Shown here in pieces: positions 36,620 to 45,987 of a stretch of DNA of 64,000 nucleotides. Positions within the stretch are counted from its first letter, which is position 1; each line of letters opens with the position of its first letter. A program made the position numbers and the translations under genes. Location of the stretch: sequence record PP464953.1. One strand, given 5' to 3'. This DNA comes from Escherichia phage ECP2309. Below the pieces are notes generated by a model. The model did not search any database, was not told the origin of the DNA, and saw nothing but the letters and a program-made list of their open reading frames with translations.

Positions 36620-36888
36620 TAGTAAAAGTCCTCTACTTGTGTGTAAGTGTTTTCAAAGTTTTCCAAAACAGATATCACATCGGATCTGTCAATATCATAC
36701 GTGACTCTCCAGTTGTACGCAACCCTTTCTGCTGTTGCCTCTTCTGGCGCTAGTCGTCTGCTGGCATAAAAGAGTGTTGGAGTACACTTTCTTGCTTGCC
36801 CTCTAACTTTCCCATAATAATATCTGTGAATATCTTTGTCAAAATTTAACTCTTTTTCTGCACGAAGTTCATATTGCTGGTATAACAT
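36619..36888 (-). CDS. hypothetical protein
   Basis: track ORF 89 aa. Confidence 0.5.
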   Translation of the reverse strand: MLYQQYELRAEKELNFDKDIHRYYYGKVRGQARKCTPTLFYASRRLAPEEATAERVAYNWRVTYDIDRSDVISVLENFENTYTQVEDFY

Positions 36889-36932
36889 CTCTACTACTCC
36901 TTAAGCAGCATCCTTGCCGCCATTCCTGCCCA

Positions 36933-37313
36933 CTAAAATGCAGTCCGAATCCAGACAAGGTTCTTATCTGCCCAATCATAGAGGCAAGTCATTGCACTAT
37001 TGAATTGCTCACACGGAGGATAATCTTCTTCCATCTGACGCATAGCAGAGCCTTGTGGGTAAAGCTCCCGTGCTGCAAACCACGCGTCGTAGTCATCAAC
37101 GGTGTCGAAGTAGTATACAACATCCTCCAACTCAGGATCGAACTTTGAACTATCAGGATCCAGTTGTTCAGGGAACTTGGAGCGTAACTTGCCAGCCACA
37201 ATACTTGCCAACTCGCTAACATGCTTATTGTCCCACTCCATTAGCTTCCCGTCTTCAGTGATGCGTCCTAACCACTGATCATGAAGGTCAACTGTTGTCT
37301 TCCACCGGGCCAT
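36933..37313 (-). CDS. hypothetical protein
   Basis: track ORF 126 aa. Confidence 0.55.
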   Translation of the reverse strand: MARWKTTVDLHDQWLGRITEDGKLMEWDNKHVSELASIVAGKLRSKFPEQLDPDSSKFDPELEDVVYYFDTVDDYDAWFAARELYPQGSAMRQMEEDYPPCEQFNSAMTCLYDWADKNLVWIRTAF

Positions 37314-37315
37314 TA

Positions 37316-37573
37316 TCAGTCCACCTCTTCTTCTCGTTGTAGTTCAAGATACCCGTAGGTCTGGACATCTTCAAGGGTGTGGAACTCCCCATCTGCCGCT
37401 AATGCACGAACAACTTGGCACAAAACCTTATGAGGAACTTCATCCAGACCAAGATTCAGTGCAGGGAACACCTTATCTAAGTCAACAAAATAAATGAACT
37501 GTAGCTCACCAGCTTCAAAAGGTGTATCTTCAATAAACATCTTCTCGGCATTAGTCAAGATCTGCACTTTCAT
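37316..37573 (-). CDS. hypothetical protein
   Basis: track ORF 85 aa. Confidence 0.5.
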   Translation of the reverse strand: MKVQILTNAEKMFIEDTPFEAGELQFIYFVDLDKVFPALNLGLDEVPHKVLCQVVRALAADGEFHTLEDVQTYGYLELQREEEVD

Positions 37574-37950
37574 TATTCTACCTCCTCTTCTTTTTCTTCG
37601 GCATTAGTTTCATGGCTACCCCACTCTGGAGTTTCCACCTCGATAGTAAACTCACGCACTACACGGTAATTGCCCATGAAGCGCTCCACTTCGTCAAGGC
37701 TTATGGAGAGGCCATTGGCAACCAGGTCTGCAGCACCCTCTTCTACCAGGTAGTCCAGATTGGCTTCCAGAGCTTCAGGTTCAAACCCTGTCAATGCAAT
37801 CAGATAACCTTTCCCTTCATCAGGGAGGACAATACATCCCAACTGATTTTCTTTAAAAAGGCAGTGACCATCATTATTGATTGGGTGTTCATTGCAGTAA
37901 ATAGCTGCACGATAAGTAACTTTAGACATCGGCAAGGTCTCCTTAGGCAA
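37573..37950 (-). CDS. hypothetical protein
   Basis: track ORF 125 aa. Confidence 0.55.
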   Translation of the reverse strand: MPKETLPMSKVTYRAAIYCNEHPINNDGHCLFKENQLGCIVLPDEGKGYLIALTGFEPEALEANLDYLVEEGAADLVANGLSISLDEVERFMGNYRVVREFTIEVETPEWGSHETNAEEKEEEVE

Positions 37951-38221
37951 TTGTCATTTTACATTCTTGAAATTTTAACACAAGACGGTGATTGTGTCTA
38001 GTGTCTAAAAAGATTTTTTCAACCATCAGGCACACGGTATAACCGTCCATCTTGTTGACAACAAAATCTCCAGGGTAAGGGAGAGTGTCCCCTGGGCTGG
38101 GAAAGCATAACCCGCTCAGAAAGGCATCATCGGTGGTGGACTTAATGGATTTCCACACACTATCTGCCTGAACATTCTCACCAACATAATATACACTACC
38201 ACATGACTTCATCATAGTCAA
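37943..38221 (-). CDS. hypothetical protein
   Basis: track ORF 92 aa. Confidence 0.5.
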   Translation of the reverse strand: MTMMKSCGSVYYVGENVQADSVWKSIKSTTDDAFLSGLCFPSPGDTLPYPGDFVVNKMDGYTVCLMVEKIFLDTRHNHRLVLKFQECKMTIA

Positions 38222-39117
38222 ATCTCCGCGTAAATTAAACTGGAATCAGTATACTTCTTTAATGGGTAAATATCCTGTCCATAGATGCAATCATTAAACA
38301 CCTCATCTACCCAAAGGCTACGCTTATATCCCATCATTTCTAAAACACTCATCTCTTCTTCGGTAAACTTATCACCACTCTTGCAAGATGTCAATACCTC
38401 ATTTTGAACTCTTGCTACCTCGAATCGGTTATTGGCAATATCGCTATTGGCGATCAAATACTCACCTAGAGGGTGTGCGGCATTAAAGATGCACAGTGGA
38501 CGGCTGACGTAATAGTCTCCGGGTGTATAAAAATTGTTGAGGTCTTTCACTAGAACATTCTTATCAGTCACTTCATTTATAACATCATGCATATCGCACA
38601 TCTTTATATGTTTGAGGATTCCATCTCCCATCACAAAATAAAAACTTGCTGAGACACTTTCGGCATAGATCTTACTAGATCCGTTGTAGTTGTATTTTAC
38701 TCGGATGCTAACGGGGGTTTTTCCTGTCGCGTTAGCCATCATCCAAAGAAATGGCAGCTCATACTTCTCCTCTGAGGAAACAAAAGGTGAGGTAGCCAGA
38801 GATCGAAAACCTCCAGAGAAGTTGAAAGTTACAGAACCGCTCCGGCGGTATGATACCGCGTATTCTACTTTTATATCGACGTACCCATTGGAATAGGTGT
38901 GTCCTTCATTATCTAAATATGTCCACTTATCAGACCCAGATACCAATCTACGCTCAATAACCTTCATCACTACAGGAATTAGTGGGTTGGTACAAACCGC
39001 TTTTGAAGTAGCTTTATCATCTAAAGCCTCGTAAATTGCAGAAAGGATGTCCCCAGCTGAAAGATTGGTTGTTATGTCCTGTTTCCACCGCGTACTAAAA
39101 CTGTTAAGATTTGCCAT
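38218..39117 (-). CDS. hypothetical protein
   Basis: track ORF 299 aa. Confidence 0.6.
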   Translation of the reverse strand: MANLNSFSTRWKQDITTNLSAGDILSAIYEALDDKATSKAVCTNPLIPVVMKVIERRLVSGSDKWTYLDNEGHTYSNGYVDIKVEYAVSYRRSGSVTFNFSGGFRSLATSPFVSSEEKYELPFLWMMANATGKTPVSIRVKYNYNGSSKIYAESVSASFYFVMGDGILKHIKMCDMHDVINEVTDKNVLVKDLNNFYTPGDYYVSRPLCIFNAAHPLGEYLIANSDIANNRFEVARVQNEVLTSCKSGDKFTEEEMSVLEMMGYKRSLWVDEVFNDCIYGQDIYPLKKYTDSSLIYAEI

Positions 39118-39196
39118 AAGTAAGTGCTCCTATGTTAGTTTTCTTTCGAATGGGTGCACTATATTGTGGAGTTAGAGTAAAGTCAACACGTTTTTG

Positions 39197-40237
39197 ATGT
39201 TGACATCTGTTGAGACAATTGATACGATTTCTTCACTTACAGAGCACGAGAGACGACGCATGAATCTTGAAAAATATTATACACCAGAAGAGTTAGAGCG
39301 CTTGCTCAAAAAATATAGACGCAAACAGAATAACGCACGGAAACGAGATATAGAGTTCGACCTGTCATGGGAAGAATACCTCCTATTTGGTAAAAAACTT
39401 TTAGGAGATGGAGTATGCGACTATACCCTTATACCTTTTGACATGCACACAGATGAAAACGGGCTGGGGAATCCTTTCTACCCATCTTTGGAGCGTATAG
39501 ATGATGAAGGTCCTTACGCAATTGACAATTGTTGTGTGGTAGGGTTGAGGTGCAATGCTCTGAAAGACTGTCTGGTAGATAAAAAGACTGCAATCCTGAT
39601 TAAAGACAAAACTGATCGAAAAATTGTCCAGCAGATGATGCTCCACCTGAGTGAAGAGCGTATGGAGAAGTTGAAAGGTGATTATACTTTTGAAGATTTC
39701 ATCTTGCAATACGGGACAGAAGAAGATAAACTAGCACTATTTGACGAAGAGGAAGAAGATATGTCACCGATGCAGGATTTTAAAAATTTCATGGCTGATC
39801 GTGCAGCCAACAAACACATTTCAGACATCGTAAACGAGACTGTGACAGAAGAAATTGAAGAACAGACATCTGAAGAGGAAAAAGAGCCTCAGGTGGTTGA
39901 AGAGGAGATTGCAGAAGAGGTTCCTGCACTGCCTGATGATGTTGAGATTGCTAAGGCTTACACTTTCTATTGTCAAACGTTCTACGATGCAGGTATGAAA
40001 GTTGACCTGTCGTTCAGCCAATTTAAGAGTTCGTATATTCGCAAATGCTGTGCTTTAACTGGTGAACGTCTCGGAGCTGGACTTAAACCACTGTTGGTGA
40101 CCGACTGGAATAAAGGTTTCACTAAAGGAAACTTTATGGTAGTATCTCCAATTATGGAGAAAGCTATGACAGATCTTATGAAGACCACCCGCATGACAAT
40201 GACCGAGTTGGCAGGTATTTTCAAACACGTTAAATAA
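39197..40237 (+). CDS. hypothetical protein, acidic C-terminal half
   Basis: track ORF (TTG at 39194) moved to the adjacent ATG; first gene after the strand switch. Confidence 0.55.
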   Translation: MLTSVETIDTISSLTEHERRRMNLEKYYTPEELERLLKKYRRKQNNARKRDIEFDLSWEEYLLFGKKLLGDGVCDYTLIPFDMHTDENGLGNPFYPSLERIDDEGPYAIDNCCVVGLRCNALKDCLVDKKTAILIKDKTDRKIVQQMMLHLSEERMEKLKGDYTFEDFILQYGTEEDKLALFDEEEEDMSPMQDFKNFMADRAANKHISDIVNETVTEEIEEQTSEEEKEPQVVEEEIAEEVPALPDDVEIAKAYTFYCQTFYDAGMKVDLSFSQFKSSYIRKCCALTGERLGAGLKPLLVTDWNKGFTKGNFMVVSPIMEKAMTDLMKTTRMTMTELAGIFKHVK

Positions 40238-40270
40238 TGACAGGGGCCATTGGCCCCTTCTGGAGTTTTA

Positions 40271-41731
40271 ATGGATAGCAGAAGTTCAGAAATCATTGCC
40301 TCACAGAAAGATGATGCCCTGAGAATGTTGCAGGCTGCACGTATGTATCTCCTTGAAAAGCTGCCGTTTTATGGCACACTGCTGTCAGGATTGCAGTTCG
40401 TAGAAAACCACACATGGTGCTCCACCATGGCAACCGACCATAAACGCATCTATTACAGCCCTGAGTTCATTATGGGATTGGCTGATGAACGCAAGGTTAT
40501 TCTTAAGGCTTCTCTAACTGACGAACAGTTTGAGATGGCTGAGGTTTTCTATTCCCTCAAATCTGTGAAAGAGGTGGCTTTTCTTCTGTCACACGAGGTG
40601 GGGCATATTATCTGTGATCACCTGGTCCGTGGTAAAAGCTTCGAGCCGGAACTGTTTAATATTGCTTGTGATCATGTTATCAACACAGGTCTTGTGGTTG
40701 ACTTTAGCAAGCCTCCCTGTGTTTTCTTCCCGAAGGGGAAAAGCACTACGTTCGTGAAAGGTAAGCCTTTTGGTTTCTTAGCCAGCTGCTACTGCGACAT
40801 GAGGTTTCATGGATGGATTGCTGAGAACGTCTATGCGGTTCTTGATAAGCAAAGAGATCAGAATAACGGTAAAAGTAAGAGCGGTAAAGGTGAGAACTCT
40901 CAAGGGGATAAGCGACAAACCGATGATCACATGAGTGGGAACGGTGGCACCAGCGATGATCTTGGAAAGGCTATGGGGTATGATCAGCCACAACCTGTAA
41001 TCAGCCAATCTGATAAAGATCAGGCCATGCAAGACTCTGGTGACATGCTGGAAGCAGCAATGCAAGCTTCCGGAGGTCGTTGCCCCGAGGCGGTGCGTGA
41101 GTTTGTCAAGAACAGAGGTAAGCCTGTAATCAACTATATAGACATCATTAAGCAACGCATGTTGTCTAAACGAAAGGCCGAACTGACCTACAGAAAACCT
41201 GGTCGCCGATCTGGGTCTTTGACCAGCACAATGCGAAAAGTTGGGGCTATAAACAAGAACCAGCACGTTATTGTTCCTGGTCGTAATCCGGAAAACACCA
41301 TAGATATTGTGGTAGCTTTAGACGTTTCTGGCTCGATATCTCAAAGAACTTTAAAGAAAATGTTCAATGAAATCACCGGATTGTGCAATCTGTATAAAGA
41401 GTTTAAGGTTACAATGTTCTGTTGGTCAACTGAAGTCGGAGAGGTTAAAGTATATACTCGCGGCAACATAGACGAAATGATCAACTATGAGGTCCACTCA
41501 ACATGGGGCACAACAGCTGCTTGCGTGTTCGAGTATCTGGATGCCAACATACCAAATGCAAAAGATGTCATCGTCCTGACCGACCTATACTTTGAGCATA
41601 ACTTTGAACAAAAGGCTGTTGACAACAAGTGGAAAAAGTACGATACTTTATGGGTTCTCACCGAAGGGTATAATAAAAATTATATCCCTAGCTTTGGTAA
41701 AACTGTGGAATTAATCGAGTACGCTAAGTAA
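40271..41731 (+). CDS. vWA-domain protein with N-terminal HExxH metallopeptidase-like region (CobT-like partner of the AAA+ ATPase)
   Basis: SHEVGH (HExxH); MIDAS-like VVALDVSGSIS; track TTG start moved to ATG (M8) after SD TGGAG. Confidence 0.7.
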   Translation: MDSRSSEIIASQKDDALRMLQAARMYLLEKLPFYGTLLSGLQFVENHTWCSTMATDHKRIYYSPEFIMGLADERKVILKASLTDEQFEMAEVFYSLKSVKEVAFLLSHEVGHIICDHLVRGKSFEPELFNIACDHVINTGLVVDFSKPPCVFFPKGKSTTFVKGKPFGFLASCYCDMRFHGWIAENVYAVLDKQRDQNNGKSKSGKGENSQGDKRQTDDHMSGNGGTSDDLGKAMGYDQPQPVISQSDKDQAMQDSGDMLEAAMQASGGRCPEAVREFVKNRGKPVINYIDIIKQRMLSKRKAELTYRKPGRRSGSLTSTMRKVGAINKNQHVIVPGRNPENTIDIVVALDVSGSISQRTLKKMFNEITGLCNLYKEFKVTMFCWSTEVGEVKVYTRGNIDEMINYEVHSTWGTTAACVFEYLDANIPNAKDVIVLTDLYFEHNFEQKAVDNKWKKYDTLWVLTEGYNKNYIPSFGKTVELIEYAK

Positions 41732-41746
41732 GAGAGGATGTTATTT

Positions 41747-42004
41747 ATGGCAACAGAGGTAGTAATTAAAGCTGAACGCCCAGTTAAAAAAGCTATCAAC
41801 ACGTTCCCTGTGGGGACCATTGTGAGCATGATCACAGAGTCAGGTCGTGTATCTACGCTGCTGATTGTGAAATCTGCATGTTCTTCTTGTGTGTGGGCTT
41901 ACGATCTGGACGAGAAAGAACTAAAAGATTTTGTTGGGGAGCTGAAAGCAACCGAGCTCGATGCTCGTATCGAAGTATTTGGTGAAACTATGGAGGAAGA
42001 GTAA
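41747..42004 (+). CDS. hypothetical protein
   Basis: track ORF; second ATG preferred for SD spacing. Confidence 0.5.
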   Translation: MATEVVIKAERPVKKAINTFPVGTIVSMITESGRVSTLLIVKSACSSCVWAYDLDEKELKDFVGELKATELDARIEVFGETMEEE

Positions 42005-42267
42005 TGACCACGAAAATCACTATTGCAGAACCGAAAGCTAACACGCAACCTATCGAAAAGTTTAAATGCGGCGAGGTGGTAACATTCACACCAGATAATG
42101 AAGATGCTAAGATTTTCGCAATGGTCACAGCTGAGTGGATGTGTGACAACACCACACAGGTTCTGCGTTTTGACACCTATCTTACCGATGAAATCAGGAA
42201 CGACAAGATTGTGACTGGTGTGGATACTGAGATTGTTTTCTACAAGAGCTTTTTAGAGGGTTTCTGA
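42004..42267 (+). CDS. hypothetical protein
   Basis: track ORF 87 aa; SD GGAGGAAGAG; TAATG coupling. Confidence 0.55.
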   Translation: MTTKITIAEPKANTQPIEKFKCGEVVTFTPDNEDAKIFAMVTAEWMCDNTTQVLRFDTYLTDEIRNDKIVTGVDTEIVFYKSFLEGF

Positions 42268-42268
42268 T

Positions 42269-42502
42269 ATGGCAAAAATTCGAAAATTATCTAGCAATCA
42301 GGTTGTGAAAGACTTCGAATCTGGAGAGATTCTTTATGTTCGTGATGCAGATGACGAAGGTGAAGATCTCGTTATGTTGGTGGGGCACGCTGAGGACGGA
42401 TGCATCCAAGCTGTTTTTCTTGAAACAGCTATGGTGCACTGGATAGAGCTGGACTTGAAAGCACGAAAACCTAAAGCAGAAATCCTGATTTACGAAGATT
42501 AA
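42269..42502 (+). CDS. hypothetical protein
   Basis: track ORF 77 aa. Confidence 0.55.
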   Translation: MAKIRKLSSNQVVKDFESGEILYVRDADDEGEDLVMLVGHAEDGCIQAVFLETAMVHWIELDLKARKPKAEILIYED

Positions 42503-42518
42503 CAAAAAGGAGATAGCC

Positions 42519-42968
42519 GTGTTGAGCAAGCGTGAATGCGACAGCATTAGCCTGAATTCTTATAAGAAACAATGGTTTGGGGTAGAAGTTTGCCGACTGC
42601 GGCTAGGCTCCTACCTGAACTTCGTTTATTATGAGAGCGATAGTCGTATCGTTTCTTATGAAGTGTTCTACACTAAGAACACCTTCGAACTGCGCCGTAA
42701 AGTGGATGGCGGGAGAACTACCGCTCAGAATAATTGGGAAACTATCCTACCTACAGATGTTATAGGAAGTCCCCTGAATGTATCTGAAGATGAAAATCTT
42801 ATGGTTCATGCTATGATGGGACTTGACAGCTTAGAGCTGGCAATCTATGATATGTCCATCGAAGCAGTTAAGCTGGACTACATCGAAAACACTTTAGAGG
42901 AAGGTATCAAGAAGTTTCTCAGTGAGAAATTAAAAGACCACTTTCATAAGGAGCTATACCTGTTATGA
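42519..42968 (+). CDS. hypothetical protein
   Basis: track ORF 149 aa; GTG start after SD AAAGGAGA. Confidence 0.55.
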   Translation: MLSKRECDSISLNSYKKQWFGVEVCRLRLGSYLNFVYYESDSRIVSYEVFYTKNTFELRRKVDGGRTTAQNNWETILPTDVIGSPLNVSEDENLMVHAMMGLDSLELAIYDMSIEAVKLDYIENTLEEGIKKFLSEKLKDHFHKELYLL

Positions 42969-43210
42969 AGACCCGTAAAGAACGTAACAAAATTTTACCT
43001 GGAGCTCTCGAACACCTGATGAAGTGCAGATCTATTTGGCACTCTGCCAAGGAAGGGCAGAAGGTGGTTGTGGTTAGTGACAATACCAACCCGTTTGGAG
43101 ATTATACCACTATGATGGCCCCGTATGTCCGTGATGGTGTTGTGGAAGTGGTCCCTTACAACGGTCTGCATGAACGGCACTTTGAAAGCACTTTGCTAGT
43201 GGAGCTATAG
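42965..43210 (+). CDS. hypothetical protein
   Basis: track ORF 81 aa; ATGA overlap. Confidence 0.55.
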   Translation: MKTRKERNKILPGALEHLMKCRSIWHSAKEGQKVVVVSDNTNPFGDYTTMMAPYVRDGVVEVVPYNGLHERHFESTLLVEL

Positions 43211-43212
43211 TC

Positions 43213-43779
43213 ATGGCGGTCAATGTGGCTTACAACACAGGAAAGCTTGACAGAGACATTGGGTGTCTTGTCCTTTCAGATACAGAAGAGTATTGGGGTT
43301 ATGGGTTGCTGTCAGACCCACACCCGAGCAACCTTGTATCAACAGTGCTATACCGCTACGACCCTGTGCCAACGGTACACGACAAAGACATTCACGACCT
43401 TCGGATCAAGTGTCTGGAAGATCTGCTGAACAATGGTTGCAATGATCTGAGGGTAGCCAAAGAGAAGCTTACAAACATTCACAAAGAGGAAGTGATGAGC
43501 ACCCTCAGTAAGAGATCAGTGCACAAAAAGATGATGCTGAACTTTGCAATGGGTATCTACATGGACGGGTATAAGGGAGGTGATCCGATTCTCAAGCTTC
43601 GCTGCCCAACACTGTGGGAAAGGGTGGTTGACAGTAAGGACGGCACTGCCCTGCTTGAGCTTCACACTGCAGGTTGGATATGGCGGTATGTTGATGGATA
43701 CCCTCTATGGGCATGTGGGCCTGGGGAATTTGTTGACAGGCCTAGTGCGGTGGTGGACCTGCTATTGCAGTTTGAATAA
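43213..43779 (+). CDS. hypothetical protein
   Basis: track ORF 188 aa; SD GGAGC. Confidence 0.6.
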   Translation: MAVNVAYNTGKLDRDIGCLVLSDTEEYWGYGLLSDPHPSNLVSTVLYRYDPVPTVHDKDIHDLRIKCLEDLLNNGCNDLRVAKEKLTNIHKEEVMSTLSKRSVHKKMMLNFAMGIYMDGYKGGDPILKLRCPTLWERVVDSKDGTALLELHTAGWIWRYVDGYPLWACGPGEFVDRPSAVVDLLLQFE

Positions 43780-43834
43780 AAGTGAGATATAAGGTGTTCA
43801 TGCACCTACTAACAATACAACAAGAGAGACTGAG

Positions 43835-44110
43835 ATGACGAAAGAAGAAGCTGACGTATTAGACTTTGCACTGGAGGCTACGCAAGAGGCTCTGGTGTTA
43901 GCTTGGAAAATGAACCAGCGTGCTGCAGAATGCAACCGCCGAATCAATGAGATCCTGGGCATGTCTATGTATGATTTCACCATGCATGCTGGAGAGATTC
44001 CTGAATTAACTGCTGAGATGAATGATCTTGACGATAAAATTAATATCATTCTGAAGACAGCAGAAACAACTCACCAAACCGCCCGTAAATTTATCAACGA
44101 GAAGGTGTGA
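43835..44110 (+). CDS. hypothetical protein
   Basis: track ORF 91 aa. Confidence 0.55.
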   Translation: MTKEEADVLDFALEATQEALVLAWKMNQRAAECNRRINEILGMSMYDFTMHAGEIPELTAEMNDLDDKINIILKTAETTHQTARKFINEKV

Positions 44111-44112
44111 AT

Positions 44113-44577
44113 ATGGACTACAGCTACTGCGGGGAAGAGGTCCCTTTTAACTACAGCAATCTTACCACAAGCAATCCATATGAGACACGCCACGGCACAC
44201 ACATCATTGCCATTGACTTTGATGGAACATTTAATGCGAGTCCTTTCATCTTCTCCCGCCTGATCAGGGACCTGAAGAAGGAGAGGTGGACAGTATACCT
44301 TGTGACTTTCCGATTCATTACTCAAGACAATGTGGACATTGAGTATTGGCGCAAGGAGCTTGATGTTGGTGTGTTTTATACTGGAGGTATTCAGAAGGCA
44401 GCCTATCTGGCGCAGTTTGATATCTACCCAGATATTTGGATTGATGATTCTCCGGCATGTATTCCGGCTAAAAATCAGTTAGAGTTTGCAATGAAGGAGA
44501 TCGAGTATAAGTCTGAGGCTAAGCGGAACGGATGGCCTTTTATTATTGAAGATTACCCAGATCCTGAACCGGAGTAA
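44113..44577 (+). CDS. HAD-superfamily hydrolase-like protein
   Basis: IIAIDFDGTF matches HAD motif I (DxDGT); ATG (M3) after SD GAAGGTG. Confidence 0.5.
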   Translation: MDYSYCGEEVPFNYSNLTTSNPYETRHGTHIIAIDFDGTFNASPFIFSRLIRDLKKERWTVYLVTFRFITQDNVDIEYWRKELDVGVFYTGGIQKAAYLAQFDIYPDIWIDDSPACIPAKNQLEFAMKEIEYKSEAKRNGWPFIIEDYPDPEPE

Positions 44578-44582
44578 GAGCC

Positions 44583-44753
44583 ATGAGGCGAAGATATCAT
44601 TACCTGATGTGGAAGTTATATCATGGTGCTGCTAAAGCTTACCGCACCGTGTTTAGTAATGACAATCACTGCATTATGTTACGCCTTGCCGCCATTGGAC
44701 ATCACAATGAGTGGATTCGTGCAATCGTAATAGGTGACAAAGATTTTAAGTAA
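44583..44753 (+). CDS. small hypothetical protein (56 aa)
   Basis: hand-translated MRRRYHYLMWKLYHGAAKAY...; SD GGAGTAAGAG. Confidence 0.35.
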   Translation: MRRRYHYLMWKLYHGAAKAYRTVFSNDNHCIMLRLAAIGHHNEWIRAIVIGDKDFK

Positions 44754-44783
44754 AGTATTGCTTTCTAGATGGAGACTGATTAA

Positions 44784-45164
44784 ATGTGCAAGTGTAAATC
44801 CTATAATTGGAAAGTGAAAGGTGCCAAGCATCAAAATGTTATCGTTGATGTGCCTAAAAAGCTCCGTGACGGCAAAAAACGTGTGTGCCTTGATAAGTGC
44901 ATGGCTAAGCCTATCATGAGTCTATGGGCGGCAGGATTGAAAACTCTAAACTGCTGCTGTGGTCATAACAAAGATGTTCCAAGTATCATTATCCCAGAAG
45001 ATGCAGACCCTAAAGCTTATGCAAAAATACTGACCCGCTACCCCAGCACCTTCCTGATCGGAAAATGGTGTCACGATGAACTTCAATGGTGGGTAGCATA
45101 CGGTAGTATAGGTACTGCTTTTGGCTTTCCAGCCCTGTCAGAGCGCTACGTAAAAGTGTCATAA
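44784..45164 (+). CDS. Cys-rich protein
   Basis: track ORF 126 aa; SD GGAGA. Confidence 0.55.
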   Translation: MCKCKSYNWKVKGAKHQNVIVDVPKKLRDGKKRVCLDKCMAKPIMSLWAAGLKTLNCCCGHNKDVPSIIIPEDADPKAYAKILTRYPSTFLIGKWCHDELQWWVAYGSIGTAFGFPALSERYVKVS

Positions 45165-45270
45165 TCGATTTTAAGGCCTCAAACGAGGCCTGTGCCTTCA
45201 TAAATTGTCCTACCCTATGTGATTACCCACCCTGAACAAAATACCTCTCCAAAATCGTTTAAAATTAAGC

Positions 45271-45299
45271 TTGACCCCAACATCAGATCTATGTATGAT
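45271..45299 (+). promoter_or_regulatory. sigma70-like promoter TTGACC-N17-TATGAT
   Basis: read on plus strand about 30 nt upstream of SD GAGGAG and ATG at 45330. Confidence 0.55.
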
Positions 45300-45329
45300 T
45301 ACCTCACCAACCAAACAGAGGAGATCGTC

Positions 45330-45737
45330 ATGAACAATCTTGCAGATGTAAATGTCGAAATTGTTAAACTAAAGTTCTTGGGCTTTCGAGACCCTTATTC
45401 TTTAACAGCTATACTAATGGACACTCACTTCACACCAGGTAAAGAGTACACAGCCTTCCGTTATATTTGTGGAGATCACGAATCAGCTTATAGTGTGAAT
45501 ACAAACCTCGGCGAGGGATATTTCATCAGAGATATCACAGATCACTTATGGGGAATGTGGGAGTTGGTGGAAGAAGAGAATAAATCCCTTCCTAAAGAGA
45601 TTTGGGTGCACACCTTCCACACAGGTAAGTTTGGAGGTACGGAACATAAGTCTATCCACTATGATGAAGAAAGTGCCATCAAACAACAAGCTGTGCTTGG
45701 TGGATCTGTAGAAAAATTTTTTAAATGCGAGGACTGA
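45330..45737 (+). CDS. hypothetical protein
   Basis: track ORF 45219-45737 (GTG) trimmed to ATG (M38) with SD AGAGGAG. Confidence 0.55.
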   Translation: MNNLADVNVEIVKLKFLGFRDPYSLTAILMDTHFTPGKEYTAFRYICGDHESAYSVNTNLGEGYFIRDITDHLWGMWELVEEENKSLPKEIWVHTFHTGKFGGTEHKSIHYDEESAIKQQAVLGGSVEKFFKCED

Positions 45738-45740
45738 GAA

Positions 45741-45941
45741 ATGGCTGATTTTTGTAAAGATTGCTCTGAAGAGTTGTTTGGCTTTGACTGCAAAGATTTG
45801 GAAGGTCTGATCACTGAGGATCAGTGGAAGGAAGGCTATGCAGCACCTGTTATTTGTGAAGGTTGTGGCTATACCTATGTTGACCATAAAGGTAAGCGCG
45901 TCAAGCCGTCTGAAGATGGGGCATGTTGGGAGTATTACTAA
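45741..45941 (+). CDS. Cys-rich zinc-binding-like small protein
   Basis: CKDCSEE...CEGCGY; SD GAGGA. Confidence 0.5.
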   Translation: MADFCKDCSEELFGFDCKDLEGLITEDQWKEGYAAPVICEGCGYTYVDHKGKRVKPSEDGACWEYY

Positions 45942-45949
45942 CTATAAAA

Positions 45950-45979
45950 AGAAAGGGGCCGTTTGGCCCCTTTTTATTT
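45950..45979. terminator. bidirectional rho-independent terminator at the convergence of plus and minus operons
   Basis: GGGGCC-GTTT-GGCCCC flanked by A-run upstream and TTTTTATTT downstream. Confidence 0.75.
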
Positions 45980-45987
45980 ACCCCTTG

